Shown: positions 18,046-18,675 of the stretch, piece by piece
Layout: every line of letters begins with the position of its first letter
How positions within the stretch are numbered: the first letter of the stretch is position 1
Source of the DNA: Candidatus Bathyarchaeum sp.
GTDB taxonomy: Archaea; Thermoproteota; Bathyarchaeia; Bathyarchaeales; Bathyarchaeaceae
NCBI GenBank assembly: GCA_026014495.1
Contig: JAOZIF010000175.1
Span: 1-18,675, forward strand
Length of the DNA: 18,675 nt
Reading direction: 5' to 3'
Translations under genes and position numbers: made by a program
The notes under the pieces: generated by a model
Database searches by the model: none
What the model saw: the letters and a program-made list of their open reading frames with translations, nothing else
Told to the model about the DNA's origin: nothing

Positions 18046-18675
18046 TCATTTCTCTTCTCGCCTAATCGCCTGACTTAGCGTCTTGATTAACTGCGAAACA
18101 TTAGTAATGTTCTGCAACGCAGCACTTAGTCTGAAGCGGCTCTTTGATGTTCTTAGCACCTCAGTTAACAACTGCTTGGGATTCAAATAAAATGCCCTAA
18201 AATACTCAAAAATCAAATTCCTTACATCATCATACGAAACAGGAGTTGGTACATCTCTGGGAATACAAATCTCATCTTCCCACTGCGTCTCCTCGTTTAG
18301 ATGCCCCTTTGCAACCAAATCATTCCATATGTCTGTTCCAGTCTGAGCCCCCAAAATATTAACGTCCGGCACATCAATATCCAACTGGTTCGCAAACCTC
18401 AAAGTGTTTATTATCTCACGTCGAGTTTCATCTGGAGCACCAACAATAAACGAACCAACAATAATGTCCGTGCCCGCCTTTCTTGCCTTACTAACCGCCT
18501 TTCTGGACTGCTCTGGAGTAATCCCCTTCCTGTAATAATCCAAAATCCTTTGATTACCGCTTTCTATCCCAAAAAAAAGACACTTACAACCAGCATTCAC
18601 CATCTCCCTGAACATGTCATAGCTAACATTATCCACCCGAGAATCACAAAACCAGTCAATATCTATTCCCCATTT
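18046..18675 (-). CDS. Radical SAM protein, B12-binding/class B-like, C-terminal part (5' end beyond the window)
   Basis: The frame is open to the window edge (KWGIDIDWFCDSRVDN...). Motifs AGCKCLFFGIESGNQRILD..RKG and GSFIVGAPDET are typical of the B12-binding radical SAM family; the CxxxCxxC motif lies outside the window. Confidence 0.8.
   Translation of the reverse strand, partial: KWGIDIDWFCDSRVDNVSYDMFREMVNAGCKCLFFGIESGNQRILDYYRKGITPEQSRKAVSKARKAGTDIIVGSFIVGAPDETRREIINTLRFANQLDIDVPDVNILGAQTGTDIWNDLVAKGHLNEETQWEDEICIPRDVPTPVSYDDVRNLIFEYFRAFYLNPKQLLTEVLRTSKSRFRLSAALQNITNVSQLIKTLSQAIRREEK

Overview
Archaeal chromosomal segment. SD GAGGTGA, TATA/BRE promoters, oligo-T terminators, Cdc48, EndoQ and NrpR point to Archaea; Bathyarchaeia/TACK is only my inference from gene content. 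The window opens in the 3' half of a long-variable-arm tRNA (probably Ser-GCT). The only two + strand genes follow it: a membrane-anchored NERD nuclease-domain protein and an OGG-like HhH protein whose catalytic positions look substituted. From 1743 to the end all genes are on the - strand. In coordinate order they are: exported acidic protein, NapH/MauN-like 4Fe-4S membrane protein, PmbA, TldD, EndoQ, a 52-aa small protein, Cdc48, a frameshifted AlkD-like repair gene, a SplB/Rv2578c-like radical SAM fused to a Pol-beta 8-kDa-like HhH domain, a processive GT2 with a coupled membrane protein, an adenosine-kinase-family protein, fused GuaA, a low-GC orphan, a single-NRD NrpR-like regulator and a truncated B12-type radical SAM. 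The best candidate for an undescribed system is the translationally coupled radical SAM-HhH8 + AlkD-like pair. It sits in a neighbourhood rich in base-damage genes and shares a palindromic promoter box with endoQ. A second striking signal is an intragenic patchwork of A/C-ending versus G/T-ending codons. No CRISPR array, IS, integrase or rRNA was seen. All family assignments come from motif recognition by eye, not from database searches.
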